Assembly (NCBI GenBank): GCA_963805995.1
Contig: CAWDWL010000007.1
Coordinates: 544,931 to 608,930, forward strand
Reading direction: 5' to 3'
DNA from: an uncultured Pseudomonadota bacterium
GTDB lineage: Bacteria; Desulfobacterota; Binatia; Binatales; Binataceae
Length of the DNA: 64,000 nt
Position numbers and translations under genes: made by a program. This document shows, piece after piece, positions 48,992 through 58,104 of the stretch (its first letter is position 1; each line of letters begins with the position of its first letter). The notes under the pieces were generated by a model, which was given only the letters and a program-made list of their open reading frames with translations, did not search any database and was not told where the DNA came from.

Positions 48992-50170
48992 ATGGGTGAA
49001 TTGCGGGATTTCGTCGCCGGGATACTGGAGCATCAAGGCGCCGCGGTCGAGATCATAGAACCCGACCAGCTTGAAGCGCTGGTGCCCCAATCGTTGCAGC
49101 AAACCACGGGCTGGCCGGAACTGGCCCGGCTCAGGTTCGGGGCCCAAGGACCGGAGCGGGCCATTCCGATTGGACTGGAAGGGGATTGGCTGGAGCGCTT
49201 TGGCTCGCTCTTGGGCGAACATGGCCGCTGGGCCGAGCGAGAGCTCACGCTGTGGAACGCGGACGCGCCGGGCGATCCGGAACGAGCGATCGAACGCGCG
49301 CTCGAACTGCCCAATGCGGTCTGGCGCTTCCAAGGCCTGACCCCGACCTTCACCTGCTGTCTGGTGCTGGTCTTCCGTTGCACCGCGGTATCGGACGAAA
49401 AACGCGAGGGACTGATCTGGCTCGGATTCAATCTCGCTACCGGCGCCGTCGTCGATGAGATCGTGCCGCGGCTGCGGACCGTTCTGGCTCAGGACCCGGA
49501 ATGGCAGGTTCCCACGGCGGCGGCACGTCTTGCGGCGGGGCCAGGGTGGGATTCGACCGTGCTCGAACGGCGGGTCCGACCGTTGCTCGACTATCGGGAA
49601 CGACGGGAGTTGGAACCGTTCCTGCGCTCCATGCGGCGGCGCCTTGAGCGCGACCGCAACCGCGTGCACGCCTACCATAACGACTTGCACCGGGCGTCGC
49701 GCAAGCGGCTCGCGGCGCTGGGCGGCGACACCGGAAGTGAAAAATCCGAAGCCGAGCGCGCGCGTGAGCGGCTGCGGATAACGGCAATCGAACGCGAGTA
49801 CCAGGCCAAGCTCGACGATCTGCGTCACAACTACGCCTTGCGAATCACGGTCGAGTGGGTTCAAGGCTTGAAATTGTATTTGCCGGTGCAGCGCTTTGAA
49901 GTGCTGGTTCGCCGCCGCAAAGGAGAACGGTTAATCCGGCTGGACTGGCATCCTTTGGCCCGGCTGACTGAACCGCCCCCCTGCGACTGGGGATTGGGTC
50001 TGGATCGGGTCCGCCTCGTCTGCGACGAGAAGCTGCATTTGACCGAACCTTCCGGCCAGGACCCGTGCCCCTCCTGCGGCAAAGCATGGTGCCGCGCCTG
50101 CCATCCCACCCGCTGCCCCCGCTGCGGCGAGACGAGTAAGCGAAACGGCAGCGGATTGATGGGAATTTGA
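48992..50170 (+). CDS. Hypothetical protein (392 aa) with a central coiled-coil/Arg-rich region and a C-terminal Cys-rich zinc-ribbon (CPSCGKAWCRACHPTRCPRCGE); partner of the SNF2 helicase
   Basis: It starts 16 nt after the helicase stop on the same strand. CxxC...CxxCH...CxxC motifs at the C-terminus. I recognise no family. Confidence 0.65.
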   Translation: MGELRDFVAGILEHQGAAVEIIEPDQLEALVPQSLQQTTGWPELARLRFGAQGPERAIPIGLEGDWLERFGSLLGEHGRWAERELTLWNADAPGDPERAIERALELPNAVWRFQGLTPTFTCCLVLVFRCTAVSDEKREGLIWLGFNLATGAVVDEIVPRLRTVLAQDPEWQVPTAAARLAAGPGWDSTVLERRVRPLLDYRERRELEPFLRSMRRRLERDRNRVHAYHNDLHRASRKRLAALGGDTGSEKSEAERARERLRITAIEREYQAKLDDLRHNYALRITVEWVQGLKLYLPVQRFEVLVRRRKGERLIRLDWHPLARLTEPPPCDWGLGLDRVRLVCDEKLHLTEPSGQDPCPSCGKAWCRACHPTRCPRCGETSKRNGSGLMGI

Positions 50171-50218
50171 GGGATGCGATGTGAGAACACCTTAAGCGAC
50201 GGCCGCCCAATCACTAGC

Positions 50219-50921
50219 TCAATCGCGATCGGTCGCTCGCCCGGTAGCCTTTAGATGAACTTCCAGCAATTGCTTGGCGAGAGCCTCATCTAATAACGCT
50301 TCCAACTCGCCGACATCCAAGCGGTTCGTTTTCCAAGCTTCGTCCGCAGCTTCAAGAGCCTTGTAATATGGGGCCTTATTGTTTGCTATCTGTTCAAATA
50401 TTGCGTTAGTTCCGGGGAGTTCGTAGCCCAGTCGGATACAAAGCAATGCATACGAGGCCATCCGCGACGTTCTTCCGTTGCCGTCGTCAAAGGGATGAAT
50501 CCAATTGACTCGCCAGATCAAATAGGCTGCGATGTGAATTGGTGGCTTTTCTGGGTTATCATTGACATAGTCGCACATTTCTTCCATTAGGCTGGGAACC
50601 ATATCCGGCGGAGGAGGATTATGCCGACTGTAGCTGATTTCCATTTCGTCCGGGCGATAAACCCCGGGAAATGGAATTCAGTCCTTTGATTGCCGCCCGA
50701 TTCAAGCCGAGGACATGTGACGGGCGCAAGCGAAATCCGTGAGAGCTAGCTATCGCCTCTCTGATTAGCGCGCGAGCAAAATCTACCTGAAGCAAACCGT
50801 TGCGGGCTTCAAGAAGCGCTATTTCCTCAGGGTCAGTTGGCAGTTCTGCCCTCTGCGGTTTGCTTGCGCGTTCGCCCTGTTTATTCAGATCGTTCCTCCT
50901 CCAGCAGGCGAGCGGCCTGTT
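50219..50921 (-). pseudogene. Fic/Doc family protein (Fido domain), disrupted by a frameshift near 50655-50671
   Basis: The C-terminal frame (50219..50659) carries the Fic motif HPFDDGNGRTSR and, upstream of it, the YRPDE-EISYSRHNPPPPDMVPSLMEEMCDYVN block. The N-terminal part (..FARALIREAIASSHGFRLRPSHVLGLNRAAIKGLNSI..) lies in another frame, and no ATG start is evident. Confidence 0.6.
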
Positions 50922-51060
50922 CTATGGTCGCTTTGGTGATCCGATCGTTTTCAATCTTCGTATTTCCATAGGCTAGGCTGCGTCTCTGTTGTTCATACTC
51001 TTCAGCGGTCATTCTGACCGTGCGAGCCTTGTCTAGAAGAGCCTGTAATTCCTTAGACAA
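50881..51060 (-). CDS. Small ORF (59 aa, TTG start with GGAGGT 9 nt upstream), possible Fic-associated antitoxin-like protein
   Basis: Translated manually: MSKELQALLDKARTVRMTAEEYEQQRRSLAYGNTKIENDRITKATIEQAARLLEEERSE. Its stop abuts or overlaps the start region of the Fic pseudogene. It is absent from the ORF track because of its size and non-ATG start. Confidence 0.3.
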   Translation of the reverse strand: MSKELQALLDKARTVRMTAEEYEQQRRSLAYGNTKIENDRITKATIEQAARLLEEERSE

Positions 51061-51226
51061 AGCGTAGTACCTCCAGTCTCCGGTTCGCTCTTTGGGGCCA
51101 AAAACGGTAGCGACAACTGCGGGCCAATAGCAACGCCACAGTATCAGGTTTTAGCAGTTTCATCTCTATATCGTACCGAAGACGCCGCACTCTCGAAAAC
51201 CTTTAGAATCAGCGAGATTTTCGCGC

Positions 51227-51787
51227 TCACGGCATGCGATCGATCAACACCTCGCAGGGGGCGCGGCGGAGTACGATGTCGCTGGTGCGGCCGAAGATCA
51301 TGTCCGCGGCGCCGATGCGCTTGCGGATACCCATCACGATCAGATCGATATCGAGGCGATCGGCCAAATCGCAGATTTCATCCCCGGCCTGGCGCGCCCG
51401 CCGCACCACGGTCTCGACCTCGAGGCCGCTCAACTTGACGATCTCGGCGGCCTGGCCGAGGATCTCGGCAGCGCGCTGGTCGGCCTCCTCCAGGCGCGCT
51501 TCGAGCGCCAGCGTGCGGGGAATCTCCACGATATAGGCCAGAAAGATCGCCGCCTTTTGCTGGCTCCCCAGCCGGCAGGCCATCTCGATGGCGCGATCCG
51601 AATAGACCTGCCCTACGGTCGGTACCAAAATACGCCGCCAGGCTTTGACCGATTCCCGTACTTTGGCGATTTGTCGTCCCAGCGGCGGCGGAACGTGGAG
51701 CATCCACCAGAACAACGAACCCATCGAACCGCTGAATGCCAGGGCCAGGATGATGCCGAGCCAGGAGAACTGCAACGTCCGGTTCAT
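51227..51787 (-). CDS. Universal stress protein (UspA) family protein with N-terminal TM helix
   Basis: The Usp domain pattern (ILVPTVGQVYSDRAIEMA...DLIVMGIRKRIGAADMIFGRTSDIVLRRAPCEVLI). I chose the internal ATG at 51787; the ORF-track N-extension is Arg/Gly-rich and non-protein-like. Confidence 0.75.
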   Translation of the reverse strand: MNRTLQFSWLGIILALAFSGSMGSLFWWMLHVPPPLGRQIAKVRESVKAWRRILVPTVGQVYSDRAIEMACRLGSQQKAAIFLAYIVEIPRTLALEARLEEADQRAAEILGQAAEIVKLSGLEVETVVRRARQAGDEICDLADRLDIDLIVMGIRKRIGAADMIFGRTSDIVLRRAPCEVLIDRMP

Positions 51788-52059
51788 CCGGACCCTTTCG
51801 CCCGCAAATGACGCAACAGGTAGTAGGTGCGCACCGCCCCCAGCCCGGCGACCGACGTACCCAGCAGCAGACCGGAGACAACTGCGCCGCCGGCGACCGC
51901 TCGATAGCCGATGATGCAGCCCAGTCCCAGCAGCGGCAGGCCGCTCCAGGCCCTGACCTGCTCGGCCATCCGGGCCGTCATCGCGGGCTGCGATCCGCCA
52001 TCTTTGTAATCGCGTTCGCGAGTTGAGCTGCGAAGGATATCCATGGGCCGCCAGAGCAT
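51784..52059 (-). CDS. Possible small membrane protein (91 aa, 2 predicted TM) translationally coupled (ATGA overlap) to the Usp gene
   Basis: Hydrophobic segments LPLLGLGCIIGY and VVSGLLLGTSVAGLGAV. No clear RBS. Low confidence. Confidence 0.3.
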   Translation of the reverse strand: MLWRPMDILRSSTRERDYKDGGSQPAMTARMAEQVRAWSGLPLLGLGCIIGYRAVAGGAVVSGLLLGTSVAGLGAVRTYYLLRHLRAKGSG

Positions 52060-52308
52060 AGTAGATTACCGGTTCGGGGACGAGGCCCAATCAACCCGAA
52101 TCGAATTCTTGATCAACAAAGACCTGCCGGATTTCCCGGACGGGACCGCAAGCGCCGGTCCACCGCGCGCGGGCACTTTGGATTCGCAGCCGGTATTTCG
52201 CCAGCGGCTTCAACCTTGATTTAATATAACATCAGCCGCCCTAAGCGGCGAACGAAACGGGAAAGTGCGTTGCCGCCGTATGATGGGCGTGATAATTCGG
52301 GAGGCGCG

Positions 52309-53172
52309 ATGGCGAAGCGTTCAATAGGCTCGGTCGGCTTGGTGATCAAGCGGGGCCATTCCCGGGCGCTGGCGTTGGGCGCGGAGCTGGCGCAGTGGCT
52401 GCGCTCGCGCGGGCTGGAGATACTCGCCGAGCCCGAGGCCGCGTCGCAAATCGACGCCGTGCCGCTGACCAAAGCGGACCTGGCTCAGCGCGCGGATCTA
52501 ATCGTGGTGCTTGGGGGAGACGGCACGTTGCTCAGTATCGCGCGCTTCGTCGGCGAACGTGAAACCCCGATTCTGGGCATCAATCTGGGCGCGCTGGGGT
52601 TCCTGACCCACGCGTCGATGGACGGGGCACGCTCGTCGCTTGAGCGCGTGCTCGACGGCGATTACACCGTCGATCGCCGAATCACTCTGGAAGCCAGAGT
52701 AATTTCGTCAGACGGAAACACCGGGCAGGCGACGCTGACCGCGCTCAACGACGTGGTCATTCATCAGCGCCAACTCGGCCGCCTGCTCGAAATGGATGTA
52801 ACCGCCGACGGGCAGCAGTTCTGCTCTTACCGCGCCGACGGCCTAATCGTCGCGACGCCGACGGGTTCTACCGCCTACGCCCTGAGCGCCGGCGGCCCGA
52901 TAATTTTCCCCACCCTCGAAGTCGTGGTGCTGGCGCCAATCTGTCCGCATACTTTGACCAATCGCCCGGTCGTACTACCCGACTCGTGTGTGCTTGAGCT
53001 GCGCACTCAAGCCACCGATCATGACGCGATACTGACCGCTGACGGCCAGGAAGGGATCGCGCTTGGCGCCACTGACCGGGTGCTGATTGGCAAGGGCAAG
53101 AGCCCCGTCATACTGGTGCGGTCATCGCACAGCTACTTTGAGATCTGGCGGAATAAGTTACGATGGGGGTGA
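52309..53172 (+). CDS. nadK: NAD(+) kinase
   Basis: GGDGT motif (LIVVLGGDGTLL) and NDVVIH...ADGLIVATPTGSTAYALSAGGPI. GGGAGG RBS. Conserved nadK-recN adjacency. Confidence 0.9.
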   Translation: MAKRSIGSVGLVIKRGHSRALALGAELAQWLRSRGLEILAEPEAASQIDAVPLTKADLAQRADLIVVLGGDGTLLSIARFVGERETPILGINLGALGFLTHASMDGARSSLERVLDGDYTVDRRITLEARVISSDGNTGQATLTALNDVVIHQRQLGRLLEMDVTADGQQFCSYRADGLIVATPTGSTAYALSAGGPIIFPTLEVVVLAPICPHTLTNRPVVLPDSCVLELRTQATDHDAILTADGQEGIALGATDRVLIGKGKSPVILVRSSHSYFEIWRNKLRWG

Positions 53173-53236
53173 CGCAGGCCCTGAAAGTCCCCTGTAACAG
53201 CCTGCCTGCATTCGGCGGAGCATTCCGGGGTGAGCG

Positions 53237-54925
53237 ATGCTGCTGGAGCTGAGGATTCGGAACTTCGCAATTATCGACCAGGTGGCGCTGGATTTCGGCG
53301 CCGGTCTCAACGTCCTGTCGGGCGAAACCGGCGCCGGCAAGACCATCATTATGAACGCGCTGGGACTGCTGCTGGGGATGCGCGCCTCACCCGAAATGGT
53401 CCGCGCCGACCACAAAGAAGCGCTCGTCGAGGGCCTGTTCCAGGTCGAGGGCGAAGGCGGGCCCGATTTGCCCGAAGGGTTCGATCCGGCTTCGGGAGAA
53501 TTGATCGTCAAGCGGGTGGTGTCGGAGTCCGGCCGCTCCAAGGTGCTGATCAACGACGAGATGGCGACGGTGCAAACCTTGGCCCGCATCGGTTCCGCGC
53601 TGGTCGAAGTCTATGGGCAACACGAGCAGCAATCGCTGCTGCGCACCGAAAATCATCTTGCCATCCTGGACCGCTTTGCCGCCCTGGAGCCCACCGTCGC
53701 CGCGTACCGTGGCGGCTACGCGCGGGCCCGCGAGCTTACCGCGCAGCTTAGTGGTCTGGAGCAGCGTGCCCGTGAGCGCGAGCGGCGCCTGGAAATAGCT
53801 CGCTTCGAGCTGGAAGAGCTGGACCGCGCGCAGCTGGACGTGGAGGAAGAGCGCAAGCTCGCCGCCGAGCGCGCCATCCTGGCCAACGCGGCCCGGCTGA
53901 TGAGTTCGGTCAGCGCGGCCGAGCTGTTGCTGATGGATCAGGACGGGGCCGCGACCGAACTGCTGGGCCGCGCGCAGACCGCGCTTAGCGAGAGTGCGCT
54001 TCTGGACCCCAAACTGGCGGAGCCGGTTGAACTGATCGCGTCGGCGCGGGTCGCACTGGAGGAGGCGGCACATTCGCTGCGCTCATATCGGGAGCGCATT
54101 GAAGCCGACCCGGGACGGCTCGAACAGATCGACAACCGCATCCAGGAAATCGTGCGAGTAAAGCGCAAATACGGCGGCAGCGTGGAAAGCGCGCTGGAAA
54201 TCATGGAGCGGTTGCGCTCCGAGGTCGCGGAGCTGGACCGGATGGAGGAGAGCATCGCCGGAATCAAGGCCGAGTCGGACCAGGCGCTGGCTGAGGCGGC
54301 TTCGATTGCGCGCCAACTCCATGACGCGCGGCTGCGCGGCGGCGTGCAACTCAAGCAAAAAATGGAGACGGAGCTCAAGACCCTGGGCATGCGCAATGCG
54401 GTCTTCGAGGTCCGTCTTGCCACGGCCGCCGGAGATTCCGGTCTTGCTGGCGACGGATTAAAGCTGGGTCCCGACGGAATCGACGAGTGCGAGTTCAACA
54501 TCGCGCCCAACCTGGGCCAGCCGCCGATGGGGCTGGCCAAGATCGCCTCGGGCGGCGAGTTGTCGCGCGTGATGCTGGCGCTCAAGCGCCTGGAAGCGCA
54601 ACGGCGCGGGGTTGCGACGATGATTTTCGACGAAGTGGACGCCGGAATCGGAGGCGCGATCGCCGAAGTGGTCGGACGCAAACTCAAGGAGCTCTCACGC
54701 TTTCATCAGATCCTCTGTATCACTCATTTGCCGCAGATCGCCTCGTTTGCCGACCGTCATTTCCGGGTTGAAAAGCAAGAGCGCCGCGGAGCAACCGTCA
54801 GCAAGGTAACCGAATTGGACAAGCCGCAACGGGTGGAGGAGCTGGCGCGGATGCTGGGCGGCGCCGCGGTCAGTGACCGCTTCCGGCGCGCCGCGCGTGA
54901 ACTGCTCGAACGCGGCCATCAGTAA
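53237..54925 (+). CDS. recN: DNA repair protein RecN
   Basis: N-terminal Walker A LNVLSGETGAGKTI, long coiled-coil, C-terminal signature/Walker B (ASGGELSRVMLALK...MIFDEVDAGIGG). Confidence 0.9.
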   Translation: MLLELRIRNFAIIDQVALDFGAGLNVLSGETGAGKTIIMNALGLLLGMRASPEMVRADHKEALVEGLFQVEGEGGPDLPEGFDPASGELIVKRVVSESGRSKVLINDEMATVQTLARIGSALVEVYGQHEQQSLLRTENHLAILDRFAALEPTVAAYRGGYARARELTAQLSGLEQRARERERRLEIARFELEELDRAQLDVEEERKLAAERAILANAARLMSSVSAAELLLMDQDGAATELLGRAQTALSESALLDPKLAEPVELIASARVALEEAAHSLRSYRERIEADPGRLEQIDNRIQEIVRVKRKYGGSVESALEIMERLRSEVAELDRMEESIAGIKAESDQALAEAASIARQLHDARLRGGVQLKQKMETELKTLGMRNAVFEVRLATAAGDSGLAGDGLKLGPDGIDECEFNIAPNLGQPPMGLAKIASGGELSRVMLALKRLEAQRRGVATMIFDEVDAGIGGAIAEVVGRKLKELSRFHQILCITHLPQIASFADRHFRVEKQERRGATVSKVTELDKPQRVEELARMLGGAAVSDRFRRAARELLERGHQ

Positions 54926-55068
54926 TTTCGCGCACCCGCCGGTTTCTTAATCTATTCTTAAAAAAGTCCCATGTTGCTCCGGTTTTGAACCGTGTAGAAT
55001 GGACTCGAAATCGCAGCGAAAGCACACCGACAGTTTCCGACTGCTGGCCTTGAGGCAGCGCGTAAGTA

Positions 55069-56955
55069 GTGGCACCCGGCCATCCGGCATCAGGGCTGCC
55101 CGTAGGTACTCGATTGAAAGACGCAACACCGCCGGCCGTCGCTCCCACAGATGGGAAACTCGACGACCTCATAGATCGGCTGCTTGAGATCCGTCGGACT
55201 CTGCAAGAGTCTGAAAGAGAGTTCGAATCCCGGGTGAATCGCACCGATCCGACTTATCGAAAGAGTGCCAGCAACCTCACCGATTACATTGCGCTGCGCC
55301 ATCGTGACGTTCGAGACCTGCAGCGTGAACTGGCCGAACTGGGGCTCTCCTCGCTGGGCCGGGCGGAGGCCCACGTGATGGCGACGCTCGATTCCGTGCT
55401 CGCAGCCGTCCACGGTCTGGCCGGGCGGTCATGGAGCCACTCGCCCCCCGGGCTTCATTTTCGCGAGGGCAACAAGTTGCTGCGCGAGCATACCGAGGCA
55501 TTGCTGGGCCCGGCCCCGCCCAACCGCGCGGTGCGCATCATGGTGACGATGCCGGGTGAGGCCGCTTCGGACTACCAGTTGGTTCGCGAACTGGTGGCCC
55601 GCGGGATGAACTGCATGCGGATCAACTGCGCCTATGACGATCGCCAGGCGTGGGTTGCGATGGCCGAACATCTGAAGCGCGCCCGGCACGAACTGGGCAA
55701 AGCATGCCGCATCTCGATGGATCTTGCCGGTCCAAAGTTGCGGGTGGGCCCGATCGAGCCAGGTCCCGAAGTAATCAAAATCCGTCCCCGGCGCGACGTT
55801 ATGGGGACCGTCGTGGAACCGGCCCGAATCTGCCTGGTTGCGCAGACGCCAGCCGGCGCGCCCCGGCCCGGCGCCGTATCGATACCAATGGCCGCGGGCG
55901 ATCTGGCCTCCCTACGCGTTGGAGAAAAACTCGACTTTACCGACACGCGCGGGTCCAACCGGCGGCTGGTGATAACCGCGCGGACCGGCGAGGCGGTCGA
56001 GGCCGAATGCAGCCGCACCTTTTATCTGGCTTCGGGAAGCGAATTGCGGCGCCAGGGCGACGGCGTGTTGCGCGTCGGCCGCCTGTCTCCACAGGATCAA
56101 CCGATCGTGCTCCGCAAGGGCGATACTGTCATCCTGTCGGATAAGCTGCCTGTGGGTAAAGACGCCGATTACGACGAAAACGGAGGCGTGCTGCGGCCGG
56201 CGACGATAACCTGCACCATCCCCGAGATTCTCGGCGACCTTAAGGCGGGGGAGCGGGTGTGGTTTGACGATGGCAAGATCGGCGGGATGATTCAGCGCGT
56301 CGCCGATTCGGAGGCCGTCATCGAGATTACGCATGCGGCCGCCGCGGGCGCCAAGCTGCGCGGGAACAAGGGCATCAATCTGCCCGACAGCGATTTACAC
56401 ATCGCGTCCCTTACTCCCAAAGACCTCCAGGACCTGCAGGTCGCGGCCGAACAGGCCGACATCGTGGGCATGTCGTTCGTGCGCTCGCCCGCCGACGTGG
56501 AAAGTCTCCAGGCACATCTGTCAGCGCTTCACCGTGACGATCTTGGCATCATGTTGAAAATCGAGACCCGCCAGGCGTTCGACGATCTGCCCCACCTGGT
56601 GCTGGCCGCGATGCGTCGGCCCGCCGCGGGAGTGATGATCGCGCGCGGCGACCTGGCCGTGGAATGCGGCTATGAGCGGATGGCGGAGCTGCAAGAGGAG
56701 ATCCTGTGGGTGTGCGAGGCCGCGCATATGCCGGTGGTCTGGGCCACCCAGGTGTTGGAAAGCCTGGCCAAGAAGGGTTTGCCGTCGCGGGCGGAGATCA
56801 CCGACGCCGCGATGGGCGAGCGCGCCGAATGCGTGATGCTCAACAAGGGGCCGCATCTGTGCGACGCGGTGGAAGCGCTCGACGACATCCTGCGGCGAAT
56901 GCAGGATCATCAGGTCAAGAAGAGCGCGATGCTGCGGCGGCTGAAACGCTGGTAA
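55069..56955 (+). CDS. pyk: Pyruvate kinase with an N-terminal extension of about 150 aa
   Basis: The PK core starts around RIMVTMPGEAAS...GMNCMRINCAYD and contains ...MIARGDLAVE... and VWATQVLESL. The track uses a GTG start at 55069, and the true start is uncertain. Confidence 0.8.
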   Translation: MAPGHPASGLPVGTRLKDATPPAVAPTDGKLDDLIDRLLEIRRTLQESEREFESRVNRTDPTYRKSASNLTDYIALRHRDVRDLQRELAELGLSSLGRAEAHVMATLDSVLAAVHGLAGRSWSHSPPGLHFREGNKLLREHTEALLGPAPPNRAVRIMVTMPGEAASDYQLVRELVARGMNCMRINCAYDDRQAWVAMAEHLKRARHELGKACRISMDLAGPKLRVGPIEPGPEVIKIRPRRDVMGTVVEPARICLVAQTPAGAPRPGAVSIPMAAGDLASLRVGEKLDFTDTRGSNRRLVITARTGEAVEAECSRTFYLASGSELRRQGDGVLRVGRLSPQDQPIVLRKGDTVILSDKLPVGKDADYDENGGVLRPATITCTIPEILGDLKAGERVWFDDGKIGGMIQRVADSEAVIEITHAAAAGAKLRGNKGINLPDSDLHIASLTPKDLQDLQVAAEQADIVGMSFVRSPADVESLQAHLSALHRDDLGIMLKIETRQAFDDLPHLVLAAMRRPAAGVMIARGDLAVECGYERMAELQEEILWVCEAAHMPVVWATQVLESLAKKGLPSRAEITDAAMGERAECVMLNKGPHLCDAVEALDDILRRMQDHQVKKSAMLRRLKRW

Positions 56956-56960
56956 CGCGA

Positions 56961-58001
56961 TTATTGTCGGGGGAGCTCAAACTTGCTGAAGAACCGCCAC
57001 ATTTCCTCGTTGGCGTCGATCAGATCGGTGCTGCGGCCGATAATGTTCTTAAGCCGATTCTGAACTCCGCCTGGCCAAACATGGCCTGAACCGGTGAACT
57101 TCCACAGCACGATTTCGGTAGCGTTGTTGCACGGGCTCCAGTCGTATTTAGTCACTGTGATCCCCTGGTTCGAAGTGCCGGGCTGACCGCTTAACGTAGC
57201 GCTCACTTGCGCCTGCTCCGGACAGCCGTCGAACTCTCTCCACTTCTGGAGTATTTTCTCGACGCCCGGTTTACCGCCGTCGCGCCCGAAAAGCGCGGCC
57301 ACCGCACTTCCCGCGCCGCCTTCATAGCGCACATAAGGATCGTCAACGCTATGGAAATGCATGATCGGCATCGGATGCTTGGGCATGAAGGTGCGCGTCA
57401 CCATCGTTCCCGCCACCGCAGCGATCGCGGCAATGTGGCTGGAGGCCTGCGTCGCCAGGCGGTAGGACATCATCGCTCCGTTGGAGAGTCCGGCCGCATA
57501 GACCCGGCGGTTTTCGATCGGAGTCCGCGCCGCCAGATCTTCGATAAGCGCTATCGCGAACCCCACGTCATCGATCTGATGCGTCATCGCATAGCCGCAG
57601 CAAAAACCGGCGTTCCAGGTCAGATGATTCCCCAGTCCGCCGCTGGTGCCATTGGGATAGACGGCGATGAAACCGTCGCGGTCGGACGCATCATCCATCC
57701 GGGTATACTTCTCCTGCATTGCGCCGTTCATGCCGGCGCCGTGAAAGTTCATCACGACCGGGAGGCGGGCGCCGGCTGCGGCCTGGGGCGGGACATGAAC
57801 CAGATAGCTGCGGTTGGCGTCGTCATGCTTGACGATGAAGCTGTAATTACCCGGGGCGAGGCCGGTCCGGGCCGCGTTTTCCGTCCCTCCTGCGGCCATC
57901 GCAACCGCCGGCAGCAGCGCCATCGCAACCGCGGCGAATGCCTGAGACGCCAGGCGCCTTATTGTGCGCACGAACAAGTTGTTAACCTCATTTGCCCGCA
58001 A
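56961..58001 (-). CDS. PHB-depolymerase family esterase (LpqC-like alpha/beta hydrolase), secreted
   Basis: A signal peptide, then VHVPPQ...LPVVMNFHGAG...GLSNGAMMS (GxSxG). It is convergent with pyk and separated by only 5 nt. Start uncertain (TTG at 58001 or internal ATG). Confidence 0.7.
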   Translation of the reverse strand: MRANEVNNLFVRTIRRLASQAFAAVAMALLPAVAMAAGGTENAARTGLAPGNYSFIVKHDDANRSYLVHVPPQAAAGARLPVVMNFHGAGMNGAMQEKYTRMDDASDRDGFIAVYPNGTSGGLGNHLTWNAGFCCGYAMTHQIDDVGFAIALIEDLAARTPIENRRVYAAGLSNGAMMSYRLATQASSHIAAIAAVAGTMVTRTFMPKHPMPIMHFHSVDDPYVRYEGGAGSAVAALFGRDGGKPGVEKILQKWREFDGCPEQAQVSATLSGQPGTSNQGITVTKYDWSPCNNATEIVLWKFTGSGHVWPGGVQNRLKNIIGRSTDLIDANEEMWRFFSKFELPRQ

Positions 58002-58104
58002 TGCTAATCAATCGGATATCGGCGAGCCAGCCCGTGAAGCGAGCTATTGCCGGGGCGCAGGGCGCGGCTCATGATAGACGATTACCTGCGAGCGCGGAGC
58101 TGCG

